Positions 50,921-64,000 of a DNA stretch of 64,000 nt are shown in pieces; the stretch's first letter is position 1; each line of letters begins with the position of its first letter. Origin of the DNA: Takakia lepidozioides (Eukaryota > Plantae > Bryophyta); the NCBI GenBank assembly GCA_030704615.1, contig CM060732.1, positions 82,522,001-82,586,000 on the forward strand. Reading direction: 5' to 3'. The position numbers and the translations under genes were made by a program. The notes under the pieces were generated by a model that worked only from the letters and a program-made list of their open reading frames with translations, did no database searches and was not told where the DNA came from.

Positions 50921-53900
50921 TCAGTCTATGTTCAGAGTCCTGCTTGTGACAGAGCCAAAGCCTTGAATTTCAATGTTCTTGTCATTAACATGTACAAAAG
51001 CGTGAGCCAAGGAGTCCGTTGGAGCCTCCAGAATTGCCTCTACAGTGACAAAGTGCTTATTACCTACATAAGCATGTCCGCCTGGGTGGTAATGTCCTGC
51101 AAATCAAATGATTCGATAAGGAGCTGTGCATTTCCATCACTACAAGTAACACAAAACTGCAGATATCTGAAGATGGGCATAACAACTAAGACTGCAGTTA
51201 GAGAGAGGACCTTACCGTTTAGAAATAGAGCCACAGCAGAGCTCTCCTGCAGCATCTTTGCCACCTGCCATAGCACGCATTCGGTATGCAATTCTCAGGG
51301 GATGGAACTGGGAGGTGGGGAAGAGGGATGCACAATCAGATGAAGACAATGACTCACGCCAATCACAGTGGAAGGTTGAAAAGTCTACACTGCACCACCA
51401 AGGACCAAGCTATACAACCTCTGTTCCTCGTCTTGTGTTTGGTTCTTCTGGAGGCTATGAGGAAAGCCCACTAGAGTCTTACACTATACCACTTCCAAAG
51501 ACATACCTCCGCGCCGTTCCACATAAGGTGGGTTGCTTGAGCTGAGCCAGCCACGAGGGGGTGATGTGCAGCCACTATCAAGCGAGTCCCATCCCTACAT
51601 ACAATATTTTGCATCTCGTGAACATTCTGTTCCCTGCCTACGACAATGCCTGCTCAAACAAAGCCCAGAAGTTGACAGCTGAAGGTCCAAGATATGCTGA
51701 GGAATATTTAAGAATTCAAACCTGGAATAACTGAAGGGCAACCCACCTTTCAGCATCAGAGAGGACACATGCAAGCCAAGCTTTTTCCTCAGCTCCAATC
51801 CCGCCATTCCATGTACTCATTTGGGGCCTCCCCTCTCCCAAAGGATGTTCATCCAAGAATGCTGCTGCCTCCTGTGTACAAACATTCTTCTTCAAGATTC
51901 CGCAGGAATGTCGTTTTTCAACAGAAGGGTGAGGCATGACTATCAAAAGAAGAATTTTATAATAAATAACACACTACCTTGTATTTGTTTGTTTCTTCAG
52001 GCCATTTGACACTCATATCCATTGAGTCAAGCACCACCTGAACATCCACAAGAATTTAACCATTATATCTGCAGTGTCACAAAATAGAATAATGTTGTTC
52101 TACAAATCTGTTCACCTCACGGGTTTGGTGCATGTGCTCCTGATTCCACCAATGTCAGAGTGCGCGAGGTTGGTGGTAACTACTGTTAGAGGAAAAAAGT
52201 TTCAACAATACTAATATCTCAGTGTTTCAGGGCTATCAATCAACAAGAGGAAATACATCATTAGAAGATATCTCTACTCGTATTTGCATTATGTTACATA
52301 AGGGAACTCTGCTACCCCAGAACCAAAATGTCTCAAGAAGCATTACCGGAGGACATGGAAGTTACCAATGCCCAGCCAGGATGGAGGTCAATGCGGTAGT
52401 AGCGGGCTGGCATGCTTAGCTTTTCAAGCACGAGCTCTCTTGGTAACGACAAGCAGTGGTTTCCCAACAGATGGTAAGCTGGGACCTCCAACTGCAAATC
52501 AAACATAACTTTTCAGATCATGTAAAACGACAGATAGCACCAATGTTTGGATCAAACATGCTTAGCATTTCAGATGGCATGGAGACCAATTTTTGGCAAC
52601 AAGAACAGAAAACTACTTATTGACTGCCCACTTGTGGCCCCAGGGTATACAGGACTCAGACTCCAAAGAGTGGTCACCAGGTCAAGAACAATCTACAGGA
52701 AATACATGTTGAATAAAGGGCTGAAATTGGCAGCATACTAGAAGGCACAGAGACAGACACCTTTGCAAGCCCCTTCAAGACAACATCAAAGTCAGCTGAT
52801 GTTGTCTCCGCAGTAGTGTTTCCATCAATGATGTCACCCAAGGTAAGCACAAATCTGTACCCTACCCCAACCTGCAATGAAATCGAGGGCTTGACAACAC
52901 CATCATTCAATATAAAACAAAGTTGATTTAGTGATCCAAGACTCTATGCCTATGTCTTTGTACGTGTCTTCTCTCAGTCTCCTCTCTCCCCACCTCAAAG
53001 AACCAAAAAACTACTTCTGCCTGTCTCTCACAATCTCAATATTCCTAGTTCACCCTATACACCAGTATGTCTAAGTACAAATTAAAGACATTGTGTCCCA
53101 TGAAAAGCCTTTCACCAAAGAGCAACCACCTAGACCTTCCTTAAGCCACCCATCCTGAGAATTCCCCGACCCGCAGCTCTTTTATGGAGAGCTCATTGTC
53201 TAGCACCCAGATAGGATGCAGATGCAACTAACAAGATATAATCACCAAAGACGACAGTAACCTGGAAAATAGGTCCCATCATCAAAGTGAAGGATACCAA
53301 TTGCGCCCTTCAAACAACAACCTCCACTATGACCTTTATTAGGGTGTGGATCAATGACGTACGAGAGACAGGACTTGTGAGAATTAAAGGCAGCTACTGC
53401 AGCATCCAGCTTCTCGGGCGCCTCCTTATACCGCTGCACCCGGCCTTCTGTGTCTGCCAAGACCCCTCCCTGCATCACTCTCTGTCCACTCTCTCTCTAG
53501 CCTTAATGAGTACATTCTCTAGACTTAATAGTGGGTGCAGCACCAGGATCTCCTGGGAGGTCACCAATCCAGTACTATTCCGGCCCAAAGGCGCTTAACT
53601 TCAGAGCTAAATTTCGACTAGGCGGCACCGCAGCTGAGGTGTTTGTCAAGGGTGGTAGAAATCTCTCTGCAAAACCGATTAAGGCTAAGAAGGGCCATGC
53701 CATGGCAGGATGCGCACCCTTGCGAGACGGGGTCTTGTTGGGGTACAAGACCACTTTGTTCACACAGCAATGGGGAGGGCCAGGGTTGTTCTGATGGGAT
53801 CTGGTGTACTAGCCTTGGTATGACCACACCACATCTGGAAAGCCCGAACCAATTGCTTCTACCAAGGGTAAGTGCCACAGCTGGAGTGAGCCCCTCACAA

Positions 53901-54905
53901 AGGTAGTGTCTGTTTCCTCTTGTTCCACCCAAACTGGTCACGGGGTCCATGGCCACAAGGCTACGGCACAATAACGTCTCATGAGTACATTCTCTCTAGC
54001 CTGAAGACAAAATCCATTTTCTGATACAATTGTCCAGGAAATTTTCACCAGAGAGTGACCCTTTTCAAGGACATGAAGAACATAGTCCCTGCACCTCTGT
54101 TTCACCAACTTTCAAAATCCCAAGGCTGAGCCTAAACCTTGGCCCTGTTGGGGTTTAACTGCTGTTCACACAGCCGATTTATGCTTGTGCGAACGGCTTT
54201 CTAGAAGAAATCCGGAAAGCCCAAACAAATTGTTTATATGAAGGTAAGTCCCACTTACTGGAGTGAGCCCCTCACAAACGTAGGTCTGTTCCCTTTTGGG
54301 CAGGGTCTAAGGCCACAGGCTACGGCAAACAATTGTCTTATGAGTACATTCTTTCTCTCTTCCTTGAATGTGTTAAATCCTATTAACACCACTCCCGCAT
54401 TGCCAGATCCCGTTGTTGTGTTGAGAAATCTGTCCAGATGGAACAGGTAAAAGAGAAACTCGGGTGGGCCCCAAATTTTTATTACCTGTATCGTGCTTTC
54501 CTTGTCCCATAAGCTGATTGACCTTCCTGTGGACATTATTTCCCTCTCCCTCTCTCATTCACTCCCATTTTCCTCTTGTAGTCACCCCTTTGCAGCTGTT
54601 GCTTGTCTGTCTTTATCTGTGTGTCAATCTGACCTCACTCCCTTTTTCTCAATCTTCTCTGAAGATCATAATGCTTTCCTTCGCTGTCTTGATCTATGCT
54701 GTTGATGTAATGTGCACATATGTAGTACCCATCGATATGTCACCTTGTTTTATGGGATATTTTCAAAAACTGCATGCTACATTATTATTACAAATTTAAA
54801 ACAGAGGACAGAAATCTCACCGCCATTCTCTTTCTCAGCATATTGCACATCAGCAATCACTCCAAATGAGAACAAAGGATTGGTCTTTTTATCCTCCTCT
54901 GCCAT
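50921..54905 (-). CDS. Manganese-dependent ADP-ribose/CDP-alcohol diphosphatase-like metallophosphoesterase (9 coding exons)
   Basis: Phase-consistent exons 54905-54821, 53453-53363, 52854-52761, 52491-52366, 52037-51978, 51871-51747, 51594-51507, 51264-51216, 51096-50921 give LFSFGVIADVQY, TLGDIIDG, LLGNHC, WNGGIG, AHHP, GHYHPGG - the calcineurin-like motif series of the ADPRM family. Confidence 0.9.
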
Positions 54906-57292
54906 CCTTGCAACGGGCACTTGCACCAGAGACGAGACCTGCAGGAGGGATACAACACAGAAGTTAGAAGTGGTGTCACATCTGTTGCTAGCCTCAGTGA
55001 CAATAGGATCTGAGTTGGACTCTGGCAGGCTCTAAAAGCGGTGGCAAATGGCTTTGAATATCAGCCCATTCTACCCCTCTCTCATTGTAGTGGATAGGAT
55101 AGTGTGAATAGAGAAGTGGTTGAGACCTTGCTACTAAGGATTGAACTACTATGCTGTATACATTGGGAAAAATCAGCATGTGTGGTCTGATGTCAAAATC
55201 ATTATGCCTGTACTTGGCCATTGCAGGCTGCCTGGTCTACTGTGGAGCCTAGTGGACGGTGAGTACAATAATTGCCAGCACACAGGGTAATTTCAAGTGT
55301 TTTGCCTTGTCCTAGCCCCAGAAACCCTTGAGATATTTAATTTCATGTTTCAGATGGATCAATTTGCAGTGATGAACCTGATCAAACAGAAGGTATTCAA
55401 AATATTAGTAGACTAGTACAGAACTTAGGTCGATTTGCAGCATGAGGCTTGTAAACGGTTAGGCCAGTAATTGGAGCTTGGTCCCCGGGGCAGCTTCTTA
55501 ACCAATAGGAAGAGTGCACACGGTCCCTCAGATTGGTAAAAATCGTGATCAAACTTCGAAACAGATTATGGCATTGTAGTCTTCCATGGTAACTACTAGA
55601 AGATTCACTTGTCCCCCTCAACACTGAGATCAGCCCAGTCAACCAAAACATTTCTTGGGCTCCTCAATGCCCTCATCAAACCTAGATTCACTGAATTGCA
55701 AGACACGGTTCCCCATAATCCACAACTGAGGATTCCCGAAATTCTACTTAAAACCCCGACACTGCATGTCTGAATACGGACAACCGGACAAGCAAGCTTT
55801 TGAGTATGAGCCTTTTAGATTTGATTAATGTGAGTCGGCAGTTTCCTACTGGGACACGTCGGGTGCAAATGCCCCCCCTCCGCAAATTCTTGGCCTGGTG
55901 ACGAAGAAAGCCCTGTTCATTTGAAGGTAAAAAGCTTAGATGAATCGAGAGGCTGATTCCAACCAAGTACGGGTGTCCCACACTCCTTGATTGAGACTGG
56001 ACTATATATTAGAATAAAAGTTCTAAATGCTACGTGCGTAACTACGGTAGGGAAGAGATTCCAACGTCAACACATTCATCAATGTTTGCGAGAAACCCTA
56101 GTACCTCTGGAGCTTGCAAATTCAGGACCCCCGGCAGCTAGTCTGCAGATATAGATGAAAGAACAACAACTCAATAGCTAAGCTAACTGTAAGTGGGGCA
56201 TCAACCCCTTTATTTAGCAATAACTGACACTAACTGCAAGTGGGGCAAGCACCCCAGCTTAGCAACTTGCCAGCAGTGAAGGAGTGGACAGGGAGAGGGA
56301 GAGACCGTAGGAAGAGGAGGAGAGTTCAGGGAATCCACTTTAGCTCCTGCATTCTACGAGGGAGGTAACAATTTGAACCACGCTGATCAGGAAAGGTTGC
56401 AAAGCTACAAGGCAAATTACAAAGACGTGAATGCCAATTCAATGATCTGAACAAGTGAGAGAGAAGAATGCCGAGAGTAGGGAGGAAGCAGGCATAAAAC
56501 ACCTAGGTACAATCGGTGGGTGTACTAGGTGGGTATATGCCATGGCAGCGAAGCTTGGGTGCTTCTAAGCGTGCTGTCTTCTGCAGTCCCTTTGTCTCCT
56601 CATTCATACGGTTGCCATACGTTTGAAACTGATTGCATCGTACTTTTCTCTTTACTTTCTACACTTGAGCAGGTAGCCCAGTGGGTCGATCCTTCAACAT
56701 GTGCCTTCATGTCGTCCATTGTGAAGAAACTTTATCTTTATCTTTTATCTACTGTCTTTATCGCCAGTAAATAACCATTTGCTGTAGCGGAGATTCAGAG
56801 GGCCCCATAGATTTTTTGCCCTTCTTTTTTTTTGGGAAAGAGGGGACGGAGGCCCTATGAAATTTTATTGGCTCATCTTTGTTCTAGAGAGGGAGACTAC
56901 GCATCGGTCAAAAATGGCTAAGCCTATGTTGTGCCTTCCCCAGGGGTTACCTCCTCTCCTTTGTTGAAAACTATTCATTTCATCAAGGTAACACCTCCCT
57001 CAGGTAACATCACATCTCTCTTATTGAACAATTTAACAAGAATAAATACATGAAATTTCAAGTTTATTAAGGATGAAAGTAGATTTCGCTATTCACAAAG
57101 AGGAGCCATATGCGAGTAGCCACTTGTTATGTGAGCAGTCGCTCCTACATTTCCTTTCTATATATTATGTGCCACATTACGTTGTCGTCAATTTTGAAGC
57201 TGCCTATATTGCCCGGAAATACCAAAAAATAAGTTCTCGAACTGTCTGAAGCTTTTGGAACGGGCTCAATGGATGTTCATGGAGGTGACAAG

Positions 57293-57776
57293 CAATGTTG
57301 GTCTGGTATAAATTGGTATAAAATATTGGTACATGCACTGGTATTAAATACCAAACCAGTCTGGTATCATTTGGGAAAATACTCGGTCATATGCAGGCTG
57401 GTATCAGTTTTCTCATACCACCTACAATACCAATATTCTCGGCCCATCTTCCTCATTTACTTTGGTATGTGTACTATGTTAATTTATGTGTACATATGCT
57501 CACATGCGTGTACTTATATTTATTTATTTCTTTATGTGCATTGCATTTGTTTTCATTTGATACTTGCTATTTGATAAACTTGTAATTCAAGATGGCTTCC
57601 GATCTGATACCAGAATTGATATCTCATACCAGCTGGTGGTGCGGTCATGATACTCATACTTATACCAATATCTGGAAAAAAATACATCCACCATCATATA
57701 GACCAAACTGGTATGAATACGTCTAGTACCAGGACCAGTCTGGTATGTCCTAAACCTGAATACCAGAACAACTTTG
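57293..57776. mobile_element. hAT-like MITE, 484 bp
   Basis: 17-bp TIRs CAATGTTGGTCTGGTAT / ATACCAGAACAACTTTG (2 mismatches), many internal TGGTAT/ATACCA motifs; 8-bp flanks GTGACAAG / GTGTTGAG match only 5/8. Confidence 0.55.
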
Positions 57777-57899
57777 GTGTTGAGTCCTCTGATTATGGTC
57801 TGTGAAGGGCCCACTCTAGTGGCGTGACTTACCTTGATAAGATAATTAGTTCGGGTTTTCAAGATATCCCTTCACACAAACATCGGCTTACTCTGTGTG

Positions 57900-58370
57900 A
57901 GCTGCCCAGCAATAATACTCCAACAGGGAAGGGGTGGCGCCCAACAGGGTCACATTCAATTGCATTCTCAATGCGTGCGCCAACCTAGGTTCCCTGGAAA
58001 AGTCCACAGATGTCCATGCTGACATTATCAAAGCTGGTATATCGTCGGATATCATTCTGGAGACTTCGCTCGTTGACATGTATGCCAAGTGCGGGAGCAA
58101 AACGGCTCTGGAAGAGGGCAAGGAGGTCCATGCTGACATCATCGAAGCTGGAGTTGCCACAACAAGGTTATGTTCATTTGTGTTCTCAAGGCCCATGTCA
58201 TTCTTGCAGCCCTGCTGGAAAAGGGCAAGGAGGTCCATGCTGACATCATCGAAGCTGGAGTTGCCACAACAAGGTTATGTTCATTTGTGTTCTCAAGGCC
58301 CATGTCATTCTTGCAGCCCTGCTGGAAAAGGGCAAGGAGGTCCATGCTGACATCATCAAAGCTGGTCTTT
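57900..58370 (+). pseudogene. PPR (L/S motif) fragment with 107-bp tandem repeat
   Basis: [44 protein letters not shown] followed by repeat units starting 58108, 58215, 58322 (107-bp period breaks the frame). Confidence 0.88.
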
Positions 58371-58579
58371 CTTACTTCGCATAAGCAAGATAATGTTCGA
58401 TTCAATCTTTCAAAACTGATTCTTCAGTACTACCCTAAACTTACCACACCAGCTCAATGAGCTCAATTGAACCTCGAACGCACCATACCCATTGAGCTCA
58501 ATTGGCCTTGTACTAATTGCCACTTTCCATGATTCGATCATGGAAAACAAAGCAAATTGAAAATCTCAAATCTCAAATC

Positions 58580-61500
58580 TCAATCCTCCTCATTATCGGG
58601 TAGGTCTGGTACACCTTCTGGGATGGTGAGGCTATGTGGAAAGTGGCGAGGAAGTTCTATAGTTTCATCTTCTGGTGAAGTCTTTCGAAGAATGCACCTC
58701 CCCAAGGAGTACCCAAGTGCTGTTGCCACAGGTACAGCGACCGCATTCCCAACTTGCATGTATCTGTCAACAAGAAGGGTAGAGACTTCTACTTAGCTTG
58801 AGGCAAAAGCAAAGGAGAAAATATTAGAGTTTGTAACCAACTGTACTAGCCAAACTCAACAGTTGTAAACCGACATAAAGTTGGCTACCATTTCTTAGCA
58901 GACTAATTAGTTCTCCCCCAACATGGCACTCTTATTAACACGCTCCGAGTAAACAACCCAAGGTCCTTCGTTGGTCTCAAACCAAGCAGAGACTGTGCGT
59001 CCAAACCTTACACTACATAAAATAGTTGGAAAATGAACCCTGTAAGGATTTTAGGGGGAGCCTTGTGAATCCATAAGGTTCTTCTCGGGCGTGCCAACAA
59101 TTTCAGTAATGCCCTTTGGGGTTTTAGGCTGTGTTTTGACCACACCTCATGATCGTCAATATGGCTTCCTTCAACCTTCCTGAGGGTGCAGGTACTACCT
59201 TCTATTTCTGCTCTATGAAACAGAAGGTGTGGGCAGAAGGAAAGTGCCATCTGTTGGAGCCCATTGATTTGCCCGATTTGCACCTATTGAAATTCATGCA
59301 CCAGAAGTCGTACTTGCACAGAACAAGGTAGCATGCCAAGGAATGCCTGGACTTGCGGGTCTTCACCGGCGTTCGGCCCAGCTCTCGAGCTCCAGCCCTC
59401 ATGCCAGACCTCATGCCTGTGAAGGCCCTTGGATCCGGGCGTTCCCCCTCACATAAGGCCTCCTTGAAACAACTGCCATGTTCTGTTCTACCAGCTAAGA
59501 GCATCTAAAAATATGCTTGAACTTCCGACTGTTCTTTACATTCAACATACCATGATTTAAAATCACCATGATAACTTGCAATTTAATGCCTATAACTTTT
59601 TGAAAAAAACTTTCGATTGCCTGGCTAGCTAAAAATGATCAACATGCAAAAGTGATAAACCAAGCGGAATAAGAAAATCAAAGATAATAATTACTACTTC
59701 GACAGTACCAATTACTTTGAATGATTGCATTCTCGAGATGAACGAATTTCTTCGCCAACATCTTGGGAAATATTTCAGTAAACACACATGTTGGGGTGCC
59801 TAGCATGATGTGCATGAGTCACATCTTTTCCTCCTCTAGGTCTCGAAATCTTTTTAGTTTCATGTTTGTGTTTACAATGTCCAAGGTATAATGCATAAAC
59901 TATGCGAATGATGAAAACAGAAGAAGCAAACCTTTCCTTGACAGAGCCGAAGAGCTTGTAGTAGTCAGGGAAGCCCTGCAGTCGTGCATTCTCTCTGATT
60001 GAAAGCACCCGGTCTTGCACTGGGTGAAGAATAGTCTGATGTTTCCAAGGCATCAAGCTTAGAAAGAAACCAATAATTCTTAAAAGACATTCTCTGAGCT
60101 ACAACAAAAATTGATTTGGAGTATCCTCCCTCGAAGATCATCACTTGAAGGATCTGTTGAGGTGTTGTATCAGAGTTATGTGCCATTGACAGATAGACCT
60201 GGTTCACCAGGTAATTAACTAAGGCCTCCATCACAGAACCTCCAGTAGCTATTATATGTGACCTACTTCTAAGAAAGAGGGAAGCTGCTCACCTGGTTAT
60301 GGGGCTCAGCCCTGGTAATGACTGTTGGGACAGTTTCATCCCACCAGAGTCTTCCAAAAGGCCTGCACTTGTATTGGGCCAGAGATAAATGTGAAGACAT
60401 GAAAAAGTACACAGTCAAGCAGAAGTATCTTGGCCATTAGAATTGGCCTTTCTAATTAAATGGTCAGTTTCATAAGGGTAAGGCACTTACTTTTGAGATC
60501 GACCTTTCATGTAAGTAACGGCATAGTCTGGAACCTGCAGGCATTGAGCTACTGTTAGGAGGAAATTGAGTGATGGCTCTTTCAATTCAGACAAGAGATG
60601 AAGAGCAAATGAACAGACTCCATCTTACCAAGGGTTTCCCAGAAGGCAGCAGTTCACGAGGTTCTCTGACCACATCCACTGTGATTCCATCCTCCTTGGT
60701 GAGGATTCCCTTAAGATCTCTGAAATTTGCCCCCTACAAGTCATTGTCCATCACCTCATCAGCCCCTATCACCGGAAGTTATAGAACCTACTCACACATA
60801 CTTGGCTATGAAAGTGAGCATATTGTCAAAAGCACAAAATCAGTTTTGTGCTGTATCCTGGTACTGTCAAGTACTGCCAATTGAGCTCACTTTTAGGGTA
60901 CAGGAACATGTACAGGAAAGCTCAATCTTGAACAGCAAAAGCAGCTCTCCCAGGATTGTCGCCAAGCTAGCCACAGGGCCTAGGGCTGAGTTAAAGCATT
61001 TGAAATCCCTGGCATAGACCAGCATCAATGAAGAACACATGGTTGCTAGAATTACCTTTCTCTTAGGAATTTGACATACTCGCATGTAGTCATCGGTGTT
61101 CAAACATAGTGGCTGGTGATCGGTCAATATGACTTTCTGCTTTTTTGAAGGGGGGCCTCCGAGACCTCCAGATCCTACAGCCAAAATGGCAGTTCAAAAG
61201 ACTTAGAATTTGTCTCTCTTCCTCCCCACTTAATAGAATTGTATGGGCCTATCACCAGGTGGAAACATGCCTAGATGAATGACAGAGCATAATCTCCAGC
61301 CATAGGAAATTTGAACATTTATTTTTGAACGCTACACCTGAACCTCTTTAGTTTTGATCGTTGTTCATCGGCTAGCTTTGGTCAATCAGCAAATATCTTC
61401 ATGAGGACCTCCGAAGAATTACCACACAATCTGATGATAAGGTCATCACGATGTTCCCAGCTACTAAACTACTTACGATGGTGATGCTTATACGAGTACA

Positions 61501-63662
61501 TAGGCCATGGACAGTACGATGTAATATTGAGAAAGACAGTACATACCTTGCTTTGGTAGGCGTACGAAGCGCTGGAATGATGTGCGAGGGCCATCCTTGT
61601 ACGTAATGTCATCCTTTTCTTGAAAGTTATCCACCTAATCCAGTTGCCAACAGTGACAGGACAAGACTTTCATTTCCAGTTTAATTGGCAAGAGATAAAA
61701 CTGCATCTGCAAAACACTCTCAAGTTCTTACATAATCTCTGAAGCTGGCATTTTCTGAGATACCAGACAGTACAGCCTATGTCCAAACATATTCTCAAAT
61801 GACCACCAACACATCAAGCCAAAGTCAATGAACAAGACAACATATCAAGACAACATAGACATGAGGTGCATGGAGGGAGACGAGGGCTTACAGGGGGCAA
61901 ATCAGAAATTGCATCCTTAAGAACAAGAGGTCTTTGGAGCCATTCAGGAGCGTGACTTTCATTATAGGCAACTAGACATCGCTGCACACCCAAGAACATT
62001 CCAACTCCTTGTCAACCACAACATCTTCCCATATTCACTTGTGGTTAGTTGCAGTTTAAAAGTGAAAAAGCCGTAGACATCCAACATCACCACATGCATA
62101 AAGAGATGTCCATAAGTATCGCCATTGTTGATCTTTGAAGGTGCGTGAAGAGGCAATAACCTATATCAACATTGACGTATGTGTCAGTCCAGAATTATAG
62201 TTGAGTGCTATGACAAGTTCTATGAAGTCGCAGACCATCAGGAGGGTTAGTGGGTGGGAAGGACGATCTGTATTATCACCATCTCAGCAGGGAAATTAAT
62301 CAGACGGTCTTTGCTCTTCAAAAATAGAAACAAGCGAAGGGTGACAGTACCTCCCACTGATTTGGAACGCCGCCACGGACAATGACACTGTGTGTAGGGA
62401 GGGGAAATGGTGGCAGCATCTGCAAAAATCACAGTGACCATCAATCCTTTTTGGACTGAACTAAGCAGAAATCAGCCAAAACTCATATTCAAGAGACATG
62501 TGGAGTTAGATATGTATAGAAAGATCTGAAATAAAACAGAGGTTGGAAGGTGATTTTAAGCCTCTGGTACCCAGCACTTGACCTTCAACCACTGGAGATC
62601 TGAACCATTAGTATCGTAGCTTGATACATATCACAATGGACATAAACCATGTCACTTGGTTTCAAGTACCTTGAATAGAAAATTTGACATAAGAACTACA
62701 GCCTAGGGAACTCAGATGCCATCACTGAGATTAAAATTTCTTTCTCATTATAAAGTATCATTTGGTTTCATTCTCTTTCAGCTGGCAACATGGCCATTGT
62801 AGTACCTCATCAGAACAGGCTCCATACAGGAAACAACGCATACGAAATTGGGGCAGGCCATAACAGCCAGCGACCATAAGCCCAATTTTAGCCTGCAAGT
62901 AAATTCACAATCAGAACTGAAATACAATATCAAACCAAGACTCGGATGACACACCTACAAAAAATTTTACTTCCCTTGTTTCGTTTGTTGAATTGTAGAA
63001 GGATGTTCACCAGAGGCAGCAGAGTGAAAGAGCGGGGCTGAGCATTCTCAGACAGGGGACATGCCCTAGAGGAATATGGCACCAGATGTCACACAAGATG
63101 TAGATGACTACTCATGTGGCCAGCTTAGTTTAGCAGGAGAAAGAAACAGAACCAGTTGAAAATGAAAGTGTATGAGATATTGACAGCGTACGATCAACAA
63201 AGAAGAAAAGATAGGAGCTATGGGAAGCAAAGAACCTATGAAGAAAAATAGAAAAATAGAAACATTGTACATCCACAGAAGGACGTGAGGCTTGAGAATG
63301 GACAATGACAAAGCTGCACCTGTGACAGAGCAATCTTTCAGTCAAAGCCAATGCATCTGGTGTAACAAATGCTAACAGCAGACATCTGGAAGTTTAAAAA
63401 AAAACAAGGAAACTCTCGCCTGATAATTCATACACACAGCCCTGGCAAGAGCATAGCGGCCCAGAATGCCTCCGCAAAACTTCAGGATGTCAACAACATT
63501 CTCCATTAGAATGAACCGTGGACGCAAAAAGTCGACAATGTCCATGTACACCACTATCTGCTTGTTCCGGGGATCTTCCAGCGGCTCCACACTGTTCCTA
63601 AACCGATTGAATCCACTGGCACCCTGGCATGGGGGCCCCCCACAGATGACATCCACATCACC
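58580..63662 (-). CDS. CMT: Chromomethylase (plant C5 DNA methyltransferase), 3' 11 exons; gene continues beyond the window end
   Basis: Exons 63662-63420, 62892-62806, 62419-62351, 61981-61892, 61634-61547, 61174-61056, 60733-60629, 60534-60491, 60362-60293, 60035-59932, 58763-58580: [59 protein letters not shown]. Confidence 0.95.
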
Positions 63663-64000
63663 CTGCCAAAATCATCCACAAATTTCTGCTCAGCAATAGG
63701 AAAGTCATAAAGGAATGATCGAAAGTCAGATTTGCCACCTGCCATGTGCTTGCTATGTTCCAACTGTCATACATTAATAAAACATTAAAATTGAGAGAGA
63801 GAAGCTATACACGTAGCGGCAGAATCTTGCATCTCCTTCCTTCAAGCACAAATTGTTGGACAAGCTCTGGGCATCCCCTGGAAGCCATGATGTCTGCAAA
63901 GTGAGAAAAAAACTGGCTCTAGAGAGATGAGCACTGTTCAACTTTTGATTGCTCATACATTGTCAGATATCCATCAATCCACAATGATAGTGAAATTTCC

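Noticed and set aside
62247-62270. Alternative CMT exon IVLPTH
   Set aside because: Followed by a stop; the genuine [10 protein letters not shown] exon lies at 62419-62351.

Overview
Eukaryotic nuclear DNA from a seed-free land plant (inferred from the intron-rich genes, the PLS-DYW PPR gene and the chromomethylase). Left third (1-24.5 kb) is a transposon graveyard: a LINE 3' fragment, PPR debris, a putative LTR, a large decayed CMC/CACTA-type element (transposase broken by a 1.3-kb internal inversion, convergent with a spliced cargo gene showing ParB/Srx-like, DNA-methyltransferase-like and two FCP1/HAD-like segments), Copia integrase and PIF/Harbinger remnants and a long hairpin. The rest is gene-rich: a 17-exon SCD2-like coiled-coil gene (+), a TAA-flanked Harbinger MITE, a TTAA-flanked piggyBac-like element, a PLS-class PPR-E-DYW gene preceded by four spliced OSB-type PDF (ssDNA-binding) motifs (-, with lesions), an intronless HemD/UROS-like gene (+), a 9-exon Mn-dependent ADP-ribose/CDP-alcohol diphosphatase-like gene (-, not visible as one ORF) and the 3' half of a chromomethylase (-). 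All calls are from manual motif recognition and splice reconstruction; no database search was run.
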